This document shows positions 1 to 12,860 of a stretch of DNA of 64,000 nucleotides, one piece after another. The notes under the pieces are model-generated. The model ran no database searches and had not been told where the DNA came from. It saw only the letters and a list, made by a program, of their open reading frames with translations. The position numbers and the translations under genes are program-made. The stretch is from Eledone cirrhosa (taxonomy: Eukaryota): the NCBI GenBank assembly GCA_964016885.1, contig OZ024742.1, positions 338,706,001 to 338,770,000 on the forward strand. Reading direction: 5' to 3'. Every line of letters starts with the position of its first letter. The first letter of the stretch is position 1.

Positions 1-940
1 CACACCATGTCTCGTATTGTCTCACCTACACACCATGTCTCGTAATATCTCGCCTACACACCACGTCTCGTATTATCTCGCCTACACACCATGTCGCGTA
101 TTGTCTCACCTACACACCATGTCTCGTAATATCTCGCCTACACACCACGTCTCGTATTATCTCGCCTACACACCATGTCGCGTATTGTCTCACCTACACA
201 CCATGTCTCTTAATATCTCACCTACACACCATGTCGCATATTGTCTCACCTACACACCATGTCTCGTAATATCTCGCCTACACACCACGTCTCGTATTAT
301 CTCGCCTACACACAATGTCGCGTATTGTCTCACCTACACACCATGTCTCTTAATATCTCACCTACATACCATGTCTCGTATTGTCTCACCTACACACCAT
401 GTCTCGTAATATCTCGCCTACATACCACGTCTCGTATTATCTCGCCTACACACCATGTCGCGTATTGTCTCACCTACACACCATGTCTCGTAATATCTCA
501 CCTACACACCATGTCTCGTATTGTCTCACCTACACACCATGTCTCGTATTGTCTCACCTACACACCATGTCTCGTAATATCTCGCCTACACACCACGTCT
601 CGTATTATCTCGCCTACACACCATGTCTCGTATTGTCTCACCTAAACACCATGTCTCTTAATATCTCGCCTACACACCACGTCTCGTATTATCTCGCCTA
701 CACACCATGTCTCGTACTGTCTCACTTACACACCATGTCTCGTATTATCTCACCTACACACCATGTCTCGTATTGTCTCACCTACACACCATGTCTCGTA
801 ATATCTCGCCTACACACCACGTCTCGTATTATCTCGCCTACACACCATGTCTCGTATTGTCTCACCTAAACACCATGTCTCGTAATATCTCGCCTACACA
901 CCACGTCTCGTACTCTATCGCCTACACACTATGTCTCGCT
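1..940. repeat. 28-bp tandem minisatellite/satellite with partial 84-bp (3-mer) higher-order structure; runs off the left edge
   Basis: Unit CACACCATGTCTCGTATTGTCTCACCTA and variants repeated ~33 times. The 28-aa periodicity in the ORF track corresponds to 3 units. Confidence 0.95.
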
Positions 941-1066
941 ATATACTCACTAATATTTTACAACATGCAACTCAAATGCATTGATCCACTCATATTATTC
1001 ATATATAGATATTGATAGATGTATTGATGGATGTTTATACAGGCAGCCATATGTAAATATATATGA

Positions 1067-1330
1067 CCTTGAAAGTTCCCCTCCAAAGCACAAGTCCGGG
1101 CAAGGTTGTTTATGGAAGACCAGTAGTCGTCCATACATACCAACGTCGCCTTTCCACACCACCGATGTTGTCCAAGGAAAAGGCTATGGCCGATATAGCT
1201 TGGCACCAGTGACATCACAACTCATTTCTACAGCTGAGTAAACTGGAGCAACGTGAAATAAAGAACACAACGCAAAGACCGGTCCGAGAATCGAACTCAC
1301 AACTACCTCACGATTGTAAGCCATGCGCCT
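1067..1330 (-). mobile_element. tRNA-derived CORE-type SINE (degenerate)
   Basis: Minus strand has a B-box-like GAGTTCGATTC. The body aligns by eye with copies at 9660-9800 and 11538-11812, which retain a CORE-like GTCCTTGAGCAAGACACTT. Confidence 0.7.
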
Positions 1331-1399
1331 TGATATATGTATATAGAAATTTCGTATTTCTAAAGAAACACGGGTTTAGGAAGCCGTAGCTATTGTTGT

Positions 1400-2182
1400 C
1401 CCCCATTTCTGTTGAAGAGGACAGTTTTCTTTAATCCTATAAGAGCAGCTTGAATTATCGTCGGGTATATTTTCTCCAGTAATTTTTTTTTAACTCATAG
1501 ACGGTCTACACGATTAGTTTATCTTGACGGTGTTACGTTTGAATATTTTATATCTATGTTTTGATGAGAAATGTCTAAAATCTAAAATATTTCTTACCTA
1601 AATTAGTCTTTACTTTAAGGTAAAAGACGGGTGTGTGTGTGTGCGAACCAGATAATTCTTCTTTTTCAATTAGTATTTTAGTATGGTTGAGTTAGGAATG
1701 ATTGTGTGTGTACATAATTTTGTCACTAAAACCACTATCTAAGAGGGCTTGGTTGTAGTAAGGCGCAGCCTTATCGAATATCTCCCTGGTTGCTGATAGA
1801 TTAGAGATCCTACGATTAATGTTAGAAACTAAGTTTTTAAAGACAGCAGGGGAATGGCATGAGGCTACATTAATATAAGTGAATTTTTCGTTTATGGTAT
1901 GATTTATACGAAGCTGTTGTTAGGTCTAAGTACACATCTAGGAATTAGTAAAGTTTGTATCAACCAAAATTTTAGGTCCTAGAGCACTAAAAGCGTCAAT
2001 GTTTACGGAATATCTCCAGAGTGTGTCCATTATAATCTTGTGAAAACGAAAGGCTGTCGTCACGGTATAGACCAATATATTGTTATATCCACACCAGGCT
2101 TCGATCAATAAGCCAGTATGTCTCGTGTACAGTTAGAGAATATAGAATGAAACTAATGGGAAAAAATAAGTTCTAAACAAGA
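1400..2182 (-). pseudogene. Degenerate Penelope-like element RT fragment (same lineage as 28070-31450)
   Basis: Manual translation across frameshifts gives IGLYRDD..FLDVYLDL..YINVASCHSPAVFKNLVSNINRRISNLSATREIFDKAAPYYNQAL, colinear with the 28849-29952 ORF. Confidence 0.8.
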
Positions 2183-2202
2183 TCAAGGAAATTCTCTACC
2201 CC

Positions 2203-2471
2203 CTCCCCCCAAAAAAGAAAAGAAAAGAAAAGAAAAGAAAAGAAAAGAAAAGAAAAGAAAAGAAAAGAAAAGAAAAGAAAAGAAAAGAAAAGAAAAGAAA
2301 AGAAAAGAAAAAGCCCCCACAAAACCAAACACTAACCAGCCCCCGTCCCCACAAAGTAAGATGTAATAGCCCAATTTTCTAACAACAAAGAAGAGTTGGA
2401 AATAATTAAAATTGGCATTACGGAAAAACCCCGTGTAAAAAAACATGTGTAGCATTTACAGTACACACACA

Positions 2472-2520
<49 letters not shown>

Positions 2521-2854
2521 ACACACACACATATATATATATACACACACACACATATATATACACACACATATATACACACATACACACACGCACATAT
2601 ATATATACACACCACATATATATATATACACACATATATACACACACACACGCACACATATATATATATATACACACACATATATACACATATATACACA
2701 CATATACATATATACACATACACATATATACACATATATATACACACACATACACAGACACACATATATATACACACATACATAAATACACACACCTATA
2801 TATATATACAGATATATGTATGTGTATGTGTACACACACATATCTCTCTCTCTA

Positions 2855-2890
<36 letters not shown>
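2203..2890. repeat. Compound microsatellite (AAAAG)n, (CA/TA)n, (TATC)n
   Basis: Seen directly. The ORFs here are low-complexity artefacts. Confidence 0.95.
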
Positions 2891-2891
<1 letters not shown>

Positions 2892-2899
2892 CTTTATCT

Positions 2900-3805
2900 G
2901 CCTGACGCGTGGAACATCGCCGGTAAGCTTTTTTGTTAATTTCTATGCAAAAAACCGAACAATTTGTTTGAAAAAAACATATGATTTTGTAGATTAACCC
3001 CCAAGCTGAATTGTCAGCTGGGTGGTAATCCCATTTTTCGCCCCTTTAGGGGAGAAAATTTAATTTAAAAATTGTTTTAAAATACCAAATTTTGCCAACT
3101 ATAAAACATGAATAGCTTGGAAAGAACCTCGAGAGAGAGAAGAGAGGTAGAGAGGCAGATATTAACGTTATATCTGCTTCTGCTACTATGGACGTCGCCA
3201 TAGATACGATTGTCAACAAAGAGAAAAAAATATTACCATTTGAAGATTTAAAAATTTCTACCGTCGAAGCGGAGAAAAATAATAACACACAGGAAAACAC
3301 AGGAATTAAACCTATTAACATACATACACATGAAAAAGGCAACATCAACAACTCCACAGATACATCTACACATAAAGTTTCACCTCGTCAAGAAATTGAG
3401 ATTTCCAACACCGAGGCTAACAACGATAACAACAACAACAACAGCAACACCACACACACACACAAAAAAATTCCTTTCGCTGAAACAGTGAACAAAAAAC
3501 AAGATTTTATAAATCTTGACATCTCCAATGCAAGAGATATGCTCCAGCAAGGGAGAAAATTTGTAACTTTCGAAGACAAGGGTGGGTTTAGAATTAACTC
3601 ACCCCTCGAAATAAAAGAAGAGACAGTTCGAAGGACCTTTAGGACTGTCTCCAACACAACGAGAAACCAACACTTGCTAGTCAAGCAGATATAGACGCCA
3701 CCTTCAAGGAGATTCTAGCAAATATTGACTTTCTCCAACGAGGAAAACAGTACGGAAGTGTTTCCGTTCTGTTTAAAAGCGAGGCACTCGCCCAAAAACA
3801 TTGTA
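2900..3805 (+). mobile_element. 5' part of a Tx1/L1-type LINE (ORF1 fragment, frameshifted, 3'-truncated)
   Basis: ORF 3188-3694 plus a shifted continuation (DFLQRGKQYGSVSVLFKSEALAQKH) resembles ORF1 at 39558 (HIRRGQKYRTVDVFFETPEEAREH) and at 44063-45862 (HITRGKKYATVDVLFATPQEAK). Confidence 0.65.
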
Positions 3806-4036
3806 TTGTGGTATTGGTGTGAATTTCACTCCTTTGGAGAGAATGTTAACTTGTTGGGCTGAGAGGTTTGTGTTGTTTAGTATTTTTCGAGTTCTAACAT
3901 CAATCGCTCGGATTTCGTCTATCGTCCAATTGAGTATTCAAAAAGTTGGTGTTAGGACAGGTACAGCAAACACATTGTGAGCCACTGTTTTGTTTTGCGC
4001 AGAGAGTTCCGATGACCATATCTTTCTTAATCGGGT

Positions 4037-6124
4037 TTTAGAAATAGTTTAAGAGGATAGTTAATAGGAGAGAGATATATAGATATATTGATAGATATGT
4101 TGTGTTGAGAATGTATGTATTGTATCACAGAAGTCATCGAAGAAGAAGTCCTAAGGAATGTTGTAGCAAATATCATCATAAGGCATTACGACGTTTTTTG
4201 ATATATAATTTATTTACAAAGGCAAAAAGTTGACTTAGCTGTGAGGACATGTCATAAGAAATGAAATAAAACAAATTAAGATGCTGTAATTTTAGACGCG
4301 GTCAGATGGCTGAACCAAGAGGCCAAGCCGCAGAGAATTCTGGTAGCTACATTTTGGAATGTTTGTTGAGGAACAAAAATCAAGAGATGTTTACCTTCTG
4401 GTGTCAAGATGCAAGAGAGAAAGTTTTTCGAAAAGAAGCGAGAATTTTTCCATTAGGGCGGAAATTGAAATACATCTCCCTACGTTGGTAGCGATTGGCT
4501 GAACTGAGCCAAACAACGTACGGAGAATGTATTCAAGAGCCCTCAGAATGTAGGTCACTACAATACCCCCTATTTAGCCTAGAAGGCGATATATAAGATT
4601 GAATTAGCAGGAAAAACGCTGAAAGAGAGAACATCAATGAAAAAATTGAACAAAAGAATGCATGCAAGAAGAAAAGTTAGGCGCTAAGGGCCTTGTGCCG
4701 CTGTGTCAAATGACTAGCTGTTTTGCTATTTATGCATGACCACCCGGGATCTAACAGAAAACGGATAAAGTCTGACATGGGAAAAGTTGCTGTTCTTGCA
4801 TTAAATGAAGAGCTGTGTAGCTGTTATGGTAAGTGTTGTACCAGAGCTATGGATGAAACTGTTATGGTAGTTTACCAGTAGCTGTTGTCAATGATGGTGC
4901 TGTTCATGCTTTACCAGAGCTGTACAGTTGTTATGGCAGGAGATGATGGGTAGGCAAGAAATTGTCGGCTTTCCAGATGAATTGCCGAAAGTGCTTGGCA
5001 GCCAGAAAAAAATGGCTAAAGTTGCTTTGGAAAAAGAAAGCAAGTTGAATCTGTAGGAGTGTAGTAGTTGAAGCTGTAATCCCGTAATTCTTGCGAGTCC
5101 ATCAGAGAAATGGTGGGAACTGCTGACAGGTCCAGTTCTATGAATGCTTTCCCAGTGAGTTGGGTAAAGTAACAAGATTGAGGTTGTTATGCTATCGAAG
5201 CGAAGTCGCTGTAAATCTTCAGTAAATAATTGATGGTCAGAAAGAGAGGTGGTTGCGTCGGTAAGGCTATAAAGCTGCCACATCGGTGTTCCCTGTTTAT
5301 GGTTAGTGGTTAACCGTGTGTTGCTGCTGCTGCTGCTGCTGATTTTGTTGATAGTTGATGGTAGCCATATTGAAAAAAAATTTTCCTCGTGCTGTGACAT
5401 TTTAAAATACAGCTAAATTTTTTATCAAATAATGTTTTCTCAGGCGGGTTCATTGAAGTTAAACCACGTGTGCTGTTATCAACAAAAAAGTTTTTACATG
5501 GTGTTGATACAATACAAGAAAGTTTGCGTGTTCTCTTTTTAATAATACTACTACTTTTTTTTATGGGAACATTTAGTTCCCGCGGCTGAGTCACCAATTT
5601 AGAAATAGTTTAAGAGGATAGTTAATAGGAGAGATAGATATATAGATATATTGATAGATATGTTGTGTTGAGAATGTATGTATTGTATCACAGAAGTCAC
5701 CGTTGAAGCAGTTCAAAGGAATGTTGTGGCAAATATCATCATAAGGCATTACGACGTTTTTTGATATATAATTTATTTACAAAGACAAGAAGTTGAGTTA
5801 GCTGTGAGGACATGTCATAAGAAATGAAATAAAACAAATTAAGATGCTGTAATTTTAGACGCGGTCTGATGGCTGAAACAAGAGGCCAAGCTGCAGAGAA
5901 TTTTGGTAGCTACATTTTGGAATGTTTGTTGAGGAACAAAATTAAGAGATGTTTACTTTCTGGTGTCGAGATGCAGGAGAGAAAGTTTTTCGAAAAGAAG
6001 CGGGAATTTTTCCCTTAGGGCGGAAGTTGAAATACGTCTCCCTACACTGGTAGCGATTGGCTGAACTGAGCCAAACAACGTACGGAGAATGTATTCAAGA
6101 GCCCCCAGAATGTAAGTCACTACA
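4037..6124 (-). mobile_element. Non-autonomous LTR retroelement (~2.09 kb, TRIM/LARD-like) with ~527-bp LTRs at 4037-4562 and 5598-6124
   Basis: Direct repeats. On the minus strand a PBS (TGGTGACTCAGCCGCGGGA) lies 1 nt after the 5' LTR and a PPT (AAATAGGGGGTAT) precedes the 3' LTR. 4-bp TSD GGGT/GGAT. The empty site (AATCGGGTGTAGTATT) is visible in the paralogous Dong copy near 47710. Confidence 0.9.
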
Positions 6125-7796
6125 GGATGTAGTATTCCCTGGTTACGCGTTCCTTATTACAGATACCATTATAGGATATGTTCTCATCTATCTCCAGGTA
6201 TTGGTGAAACAGTTAGGCCATTGATGACAATGTTGCTAGATTGGGTTGTTGTTTTTCCCCGCTTTACAGTCATGTATGAGGATTTATCTTGGCCAAACTC
6301 CATTCCTATATCCTTTGAGAACGTTGTAACCAGGTCAAGACTTTTCTTCATCCCACCCATGTTCTTGGCATAGAGTTTCAGATCATCCACAAATAAATTA
6401 TGGGTTAGGTTCGTATTTCTGTCCTCCTGTGAGCCAATGATGTATCATTCACATTTCTTGAGCAGAAAGGAGAAGGGATTTAATGACAGGATGAATAATA
6501 TCAGAGAGACTGTCTCCCTGAAATATACCCCTGCGATATTTTATTTTATCAGTGAAAATAGAGTCCTCCTTCTCTGTCTTTAACTTTAGCCCAAGAAGAA
6601 GACAACTTCTCTATGGCTCTGATAATAATGTCTGGGACATTAGCAAGTCGGAGGGCCTCTATCATCCAAGAGTGGGGAACAGAATCGAAAGCTTTTCTGT
6701 AGTCCAGCCAGACTGTAGCCATATTCCTCCTAAGTTGTCGCGCCTCCGACATAGCAGTTTTGTTGATTAGGAGTTGTTCAACACACCCCACACCCTTTTC
6801 TTTCCAGCTGCTTGTTCATCTGTGATGATGTTATTATTTTCACAGTGATCTTCAAGGAATAGGTTCAGGCAGGCTGTATACATCTTATACATCAGGTTCT
6901 GGCATGCAATGGGTCGGTAGTTTTTTGCCAAGTGGGTGTCTTTGTTCTTGGGGACCAGTAATGTTTGTGCTAATGTCAATCATTCTGTTATAAGTGTATC
7001 TCCCTTAAGAACTTGTTGGTAGAGGCCGGTAAGACACCTCCGATAGAATATCAGTTTTTTTGTACCAGTGGCCGACAATCATGTCTCTTCCTGGTGTTTT
7101 CTTATCTTGGAGTTTTCCTATCACAGTTTCAAGGGTACCCTCACTTATTTCGTATGTTTTTGTTGTAGTGTAGGAGCAATAGTTCTTTCGGATTTCTTTT
7201 AGCCACACTGCATCTTAGTTGAAATTCTTCTTTTCACCCCATATTTTTCTCCAAACGGAATCTATGTCTTTTTGGGATGGGGCCTCAGTGACATTTATTA
7301 TTTTGTCCTTCACATCTCCATAGACTGATGTTTGGTTTCGTCTGAATCTTTTATTAGGCACTTTTCTCTCATCTACCTTTTCAGGTATCGGCGTTTTCGC
7401 CAACAGCTCTCAATTCTTGTTTGAGGGCGATCTGTTTATATTGAAGAGTTCTGGTTCTACTGTTACCAAACATTGTCTCTATTTTATTTTTCACTCTTTG
7501 TTGGTGAGGAGTGAGTTTTTTTGTCTTTGTTTGCATGTAAGGAGCATTGTCACATATCCTATGGTTTTTCGTAGGTCAGCAATCTTTTTTTCTATTTTAG
7601 TTATATATGATGGTATTTTTGGTGGTGTTTTGTTCTTGATAATATCTCTGCTATCACCAAGATGATGCTTCACTGTCGTTGCTAAAGCATATAAACAGGC
7701 GTTGATTTGTTTAAAAATGTTGGGGTTTTTATCCGTCGTAAATATTCATCTCCTATTTCGTCAATAACACGTAATATTTCATTATTTGGTTTTTTA

Positions 7797-7990
7797 GGGC
7801 GGTGGATTGGCAGTATCGGTAGAGGGTCGGACGCCATGCTTTCCAGCATAGTTACGTCCCTTTACGATCTGAGTTCAAATGCCGCCGAGGTTGACTTTGC
7901 CTTTCATCTTTACGGGGTCGATAAAATAAAGTACCAGTAATGCACAGGGTAATTGCTGGCCTTGTTCCTAAAGTAGAAACAATTATTTGT
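7797..7990 (+). mobile_element. SINE (Meta/Deu-domain-like family), copy with TSD
   Basis: GAGTTCAAAT B-box followed by GACTTTGCCTTTCATC..GGGGTCGATAAAATAAAGTACCAG. Flanked by an ATTATTTG(G)TTTTTT duplication. Confidence 0.85.
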
Positions 7991-8202
7991 TTTTTTAAAT
8001 TAAATATCGTCGTTTTAATACGTTCAGCAAGAGAAATGTTTATGCATGAATTAATTTCTCTCTGTAAGATTTTCGAGGGAAATTTTCAATTGTATATACT
8101 TTTGATTATTATCATTATCGATAGTATTTTCCACAATAGTCGAGGTATAACTCGGATGGTACACGTGATGTCAAATTTCTTCGATTATTATTATTATTTC
8201 TT

Positions 8203-8400
8203 CGGGCGGTGGATTGGCAGTATCGGTAGAGGGTCGGACGCCATGCTTTGACGCATAGAGTTACGGCCCTTGCTATTCTGAGTTCAAATCCCGCCGAGGT
8301 TAACTTTGCCTTTCATCCTTATGGAGTCGATAAAATAAAGTACCAGTAATACACTGGGTAATTGCTGGCCTTGTGCCAAAAGTAGAAACAATTATTATTA
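8203..8400 (+). mobile_element. SINE (same family), copy with TSD
   Basis: Near-identical to 7797-7990. TSD ATTATTATTATTTCTTCG. The empty site is seen in the Dong copy near 35460. Confidence 0.85.
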
Positions 8401-9189
8401 TTTCTTCGATTATTATTATTATCGATAGTGTTTTCCCCAGCATTCGAGGTAGACTTAGATGGTATAGGTGGTGTCAAGTTTCTTACAGGCATAGTTGTTT
8501 CAAGGCACTGTTCGACCTGGCTGTTAGGAAGTCTAGAACCATGGCGACCTGTAGCACGTGTTGTTGATTCCATGTTTGTTGTGAGGGACTTACAATTAAT
8601 AATATTTATCTTATTTTTACGTTCAACAAACGTTGCTTGTTGGCGTAATTGTTTCGCTGTGAAGTGATTTAGATGTGGGTGTATTTCGTCCCAGTGTAGC
8701 TTCATTCTGTTCATATAGCCAACGAAGGGATTGTTTTTTGCCATTTTATAACAATTAAATAAATCATCATTAAGTTCGCAACTCCAAGAGAAATGCGATT
8801 TATAATTACGGTTTCTTCTGTAGCTACAACTGAATACATTTTGTTTACTTTTCTCGTTTTTCTTTGGTATTCCACTGATATTGTTGTTGTTGATGTTGTG
8901 TTCAGGCATGCTGTTTGTAGCAAATCCTTGTAAAATGAATCATCTATTTAGTCGGATATCTCTACGAATTCGAATAAAAGATGTCTTCAGTGGATATAGT
9001 TAGAAGAATATCCAGTTATTCAACATGACTGTAGTTGTGGCATTACTGTCGGAGATTTAAATTCAATAAATAGTCTCCCACGCCAAAATATGCGACTGAT
9101 CGCGTTGACTGACTATGTATGTATGTATGCAAATATGTATGTATGTATGTATTGTATGTATGTATTGTATGTATGTATTGTATGTATGT

Positions 9190-9600
9190 ATGGAATGTTA
9201 TCATTACCGATGTGGGAGTAGGCTTGGAAATCTGCTCACTATTAAAATGTCCAATCTGCTAGCGTCTCATATAAAACTTAGCTCATGACCTTCCTTTGGC
9301 TGAAAGGTTTGGAACTGACAAGAATGTTCAACGGCGAGTTACTGGCGCCTTAAAAGCTGTTGTTCCGGGAAGACACAACACGTCAGCCTCGGGTGGCAGT
9401 CTATCTAGGAGAAGGGTCACTCTGATTTCAAAAAGGAACTCCTTAGTCATAATTATGACATCCTATCTCTGAGACTCCCTTTGGTTGGTGTCAGAGCACG
9501 CAGTAAGTTCACTGGGAGTGAAGGACCTCAACATGTTGTTACGGCATTCTTCAAAGAGATGACCAGTAATTACGTAAAAAAGATCGATCGACTTTCGTCA
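9190..9600 (+). mobile_element. Possible RTE-type 5'UTR fragment
   Basis: Motif CTAGGAGAAGGGTCACTCTGATTTC resembles CTAGGAGAAGGAAAACTCTGATATA in the ~610-bp RTE-related element. Confidence 0.35.
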
Positions 9601-9659
9601 AATCGGACCGAGGAAACAATATTTCCATTGGTCTTTCCAGTTACTAATACTATCTATCG

Positions 9660-9800
9660 GTCGTAACTCCAGGTAGAAAGAGCAACGTGAAATAAAGTGT
9701 CTTGCTCAAGGACATAACGTATCGCCCGGTCCAAGAATCGAACTCGCAACCTCAAGATTGTGAATCCAATTCTCCAACCACTCAACCACACGCCTTCACG
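9660..9800 (-). mobile_element. CORE-type SINE head fragment
   Basis: tRNA-like head (GTGGTTGAGTGGTT...GAGTTCGATTC) plus GTCCTTGAGCAAGACACTT. Confidence 0.7.
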
Positions 9801-10460
9801 TAAACCCGCAGCAATTACATCATCTTGCTTAGGTTTGTCATCAGATAATAAACACCGAGACTTACAGAGTGACACTTGTGATGTACAAGTGCTTGTCACT
9901 ATAATCCATGATGTACAGTTGTATCATTTGCAATCTTCTCAGCTGTCATTCTATCTTTCCAGCCGATGAAAACCAGGGCTCTGAATTCTTGACACTATAT
10001 CGACATTGGCCCTATTGCTGCAGCTATTGGGGTGTCACGCGAATTTGTGCCAATGAAATACTGTCACTTCCGTAGTTTCGTCTCCTCAAAGATGTAGTAT
10101 AGGTGGATGCAGTCGCATTCTATCAACAATACAAAGAAGCCACAAATAAACAATAAAATAGAACTATATGGAACAGAGAGGCTGCTATGCCTTCTCCACA
10201 CATGCGCAATCCTCACTCTTGAACCAGTTAAGGAAGAACGCATTGTTCGTTTTTGTTTTACATTTGAAAAGAGGGTTCTAACCCTGAAATATGTTGAAAT
10301 ATACTGGGTTAAAAACATTACTTTGTATTATTTTATTTATCATCCTTTCCCTTTTATATATTTCTACTGCATTATATCAGCTTTCTGAATTCCTTAGCAA
10401 TCAATTATACACCCCCACATTCACACAAACACACCCATACGCACTCTCACCCCCCCCCCC

Positions 10461-10511
<51 letters not shown>

Positions 10512-11537
10512 CCTCTCGATCCTGGATTTTTTATTCTATCTCTGTATATCTCCCACTCCTTTCCACAATCCTCTACCCTCTCTCTCTCCCCCTCTCCCCC
10601 TCTCTCCCTCTCTCTCCTTTATTATACTCTTTTAACATTATCTATATCCAACTTCCAGTATAATCTTTAAACCTCAGTGCTTCTGATTTCCACTAGTATC
10701 TAGAACAACTATCGATTTAAGAGTTCTCCTCAGTGAATAACCTCTACAATTTTACATATTAAATTCATTACAATATAATTTCACATTCAGCACTTATCGT
10801 GCATTAACTTCTCTATAGAGCTCGACTTCATACTCTATCTTTCCAGAACATTTCACTCTAACTATTATATTCTGTCTTAAGAATAGGCAAGTGTCGTCGT
10901 GTAGGAAAAGTAGAGTCAGTATAGTTAAATCTATCAAACATCTCTCTCTCTCTCTCTTTCTCGCTCTCTCTCTCTAGCTCTCTTCATATACCCCCCTCTC
11001 ACTCGCTCTTTCTCCCCCTCTCTCTTCATCAATTCTCTTTCTCTCTCTCCCTCTCTCTCTCTCTCCATCTATCCCGCCCCTCTATCTCTCACTCCCTACA
11101 CATTGGAGAATAAAACGCAGTGGTGTACGCTTGTATAGATGTGCGTAGGTGTAGGTTTAAATATATACTGTGATACATATATCATATAAATTGTGTCTCA
11201 TTCATACTAACGGTGAATACGGATTTAGAAATAAATTTATAACTATTGGCGACTAAGCGCTGATAATAATTATGGTTTAAAAACTTCTTCTATATCAACT
11301 TAAACTTCCAAGATTACTTGTTATTGTAGATTTTTCTCCCGAAAACCTCTTGGATAGTATTCAAACAAAATCAATTAGCTAAAGAACTATTCAACCCAGA
11401 CTAGATAACACCATAGAGAGTCCACCGTTTAATTAGAAACAACTACCAAGTATTAAAAGATTATTATGTCGTTTTAAATGCTTTATGTAAAACTTAAGGG
11501 CAAAGAACCTCTTCAGTTACAAATGGATGTGGGATTT

Positions 11538-11812
11538 GCCCTAGAAGTTCCACACCGAGGCACAAGTCTTGGCAAGGTTGTTTGTGAAAGACCAGCAGTC
11601 GCCCAAGCATACCAGTCTCCACACCACCGATGTTATCCAAGGGAAAGGCAACGGCTGATACAGCTTGGCACCAGTGACTACTTTACAACTCATTTCTACA
11701 GGAGAGTAAACTGGACCAACATGAAATAAAGTGTCTTGCTCAAGGACACAACATACCACTCGGTCCGAGAATCGAACTCATAACTTCTAAACACTAAGAC
11801 ATACGCCTTCAC
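11538..11812 (-). mobile_element. CORE-type SINE
   Basis: Homologous to 1067-1330 along its length. Confidence 0.75.
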
Positions 11813-11994
11813 AAATGTTTTATGTATATGTTTATTTAATCACATACAAAACAACAAAATAAATCGAATAAATTTAACAAATGACTGAAGTTATTAAAAT
11901 GGAATATTTTACTCATAATTTGAGGGTAAATGATATTTTTTGTAAAAGTAATTCCCTCCTCTCTCTCACTTGCGCTTTCTCTCAAACTATTCTC

Positions 11995-12061
<67 letters not shown>

Positions 12062-12604
12062 ACTCCCCCCTCTCTCTTACCATGCCATTTCCACAGCGTG
12101 ATCAACGTTTCAGTTCTGTCTCTTTCTCACTAATATATTCTTATCATTCCCTTTCCATAAACGCGTAAGATCAGGACCGAATTTAATGGGAGGCAAAGGG
12201 AGCAATTACCACTGACCCCCTGCAGCGGCGAGGGGTGGGTGGTGGTCATCAGCGAAAACCGAAGTAATGCTTTTGTGTGCCCTCAGCTGGGGCTTTTTGT
12301 TTTAGGATGCTTAGAATTTTTGAATTTAATACCTGTACGCATAATCTTTCAATTCCAATTACTTGTGCCAAACTAACTTTGATATGTAAAATTGGGGGGT
12401 TTGGTGTGTATTCTAATTTTTTTGTCTTCTTAATGTCTAAATCCAACCCCACGTAAGATCCCACCCCACCATCTTTGGCTAAATATTCTTCTATACTAAA
12501 ACAACTTAAACTTCCAGAAGTCAATGTCTCTGTAGAGTTTCAGTAACGATGTTCTCTCCCCGAAACGAAATTGTATCAGGTAAGGAACTATTAATTCTAG
12601 ATGC

Positions 12605-12860
12605 ATTTTAGCGAAAGCGGAGAAGTGTCAGTGTCGATAGAACGTTGGATAAAATGCTTGCGTTATCTGTTCCAGCTCTCTCTGTTCTCTGAATTCAAAT
12701 CACGCCGACGTCAACTCTGCTTTTCATCCTTTCGAGTAGACAAATAATTTGGTTCTCCCTCTATATTTCTCCACCCCCATCCTTTGTCCCTTTCTGCTTC
12801 ACTGTTTCAACTTGGAGAAGGATGGACACCGCCATGTTTAAGGAAATGCTAAAAATAATA
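12605..12860 (+). mobile_element. Divergent Meta/Deu-like SINE; its tail recurs inverted at 13818-13938
   Basis: TCAACTCTGCTTTTCATCCTTTCGAGTAGACAAA core. The tail GGAGAAGGATGGACACCGCCATGTTTAA occurs reverse-complemented near 13840. Confidence 0.6.

Larger units (their letters stand above)
3870..9113 (-). mobile_element. R4/Dong-type non-LTR retrotransposon, degenerate, 3'-truncated, interrupted by an LTR element and two SINEs
   Basis: RT motifs NYRPIAC, WLDYRKAFDSVPHSW, GIFQGDSL, FVDDLKLYAK. N-terminal ORF 8319-8909. Colinear with the copy at 46221-48250. The 5' end abuts (CATA)n at 9114-9190. Confidence 0.85.

Noticed and set aside
1-940. CRISPR-like 28-bp repeats
   Set aside because: No spacers, contiguous tandem units, no cas genes, and a eukaryotic context.
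17-1015. Overlapping 100-160 aa ORFs
   Set aside because: Translations of the 28-bp satellite, with no sign of coding function.
3805-3869. 65-bp piece translating as NLSAQQVNILSKGVKFTP on minus (PLE N-terminal-like motif)
   Set aside because: Too short to call as a feature. At most a filler fragment at the Tx1/Dong junction.
4888-5400. 170-aa ORF inside the LTR element as gag
   Set aside because: No capsid, zinc-knuckle or protease motif is recognisable.
9800-10260. Unique-looking sequence as possible host exon (also 12860-13100)
   Set aside because: No convincing reading frame with splice sites or recognisable domain. RNA-seq or homology search would be needed.
12171-12250. hAT-like terminal sequence CAGGACCGAATTTA
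   Set aside because: No matching second TIR or TSD was found.
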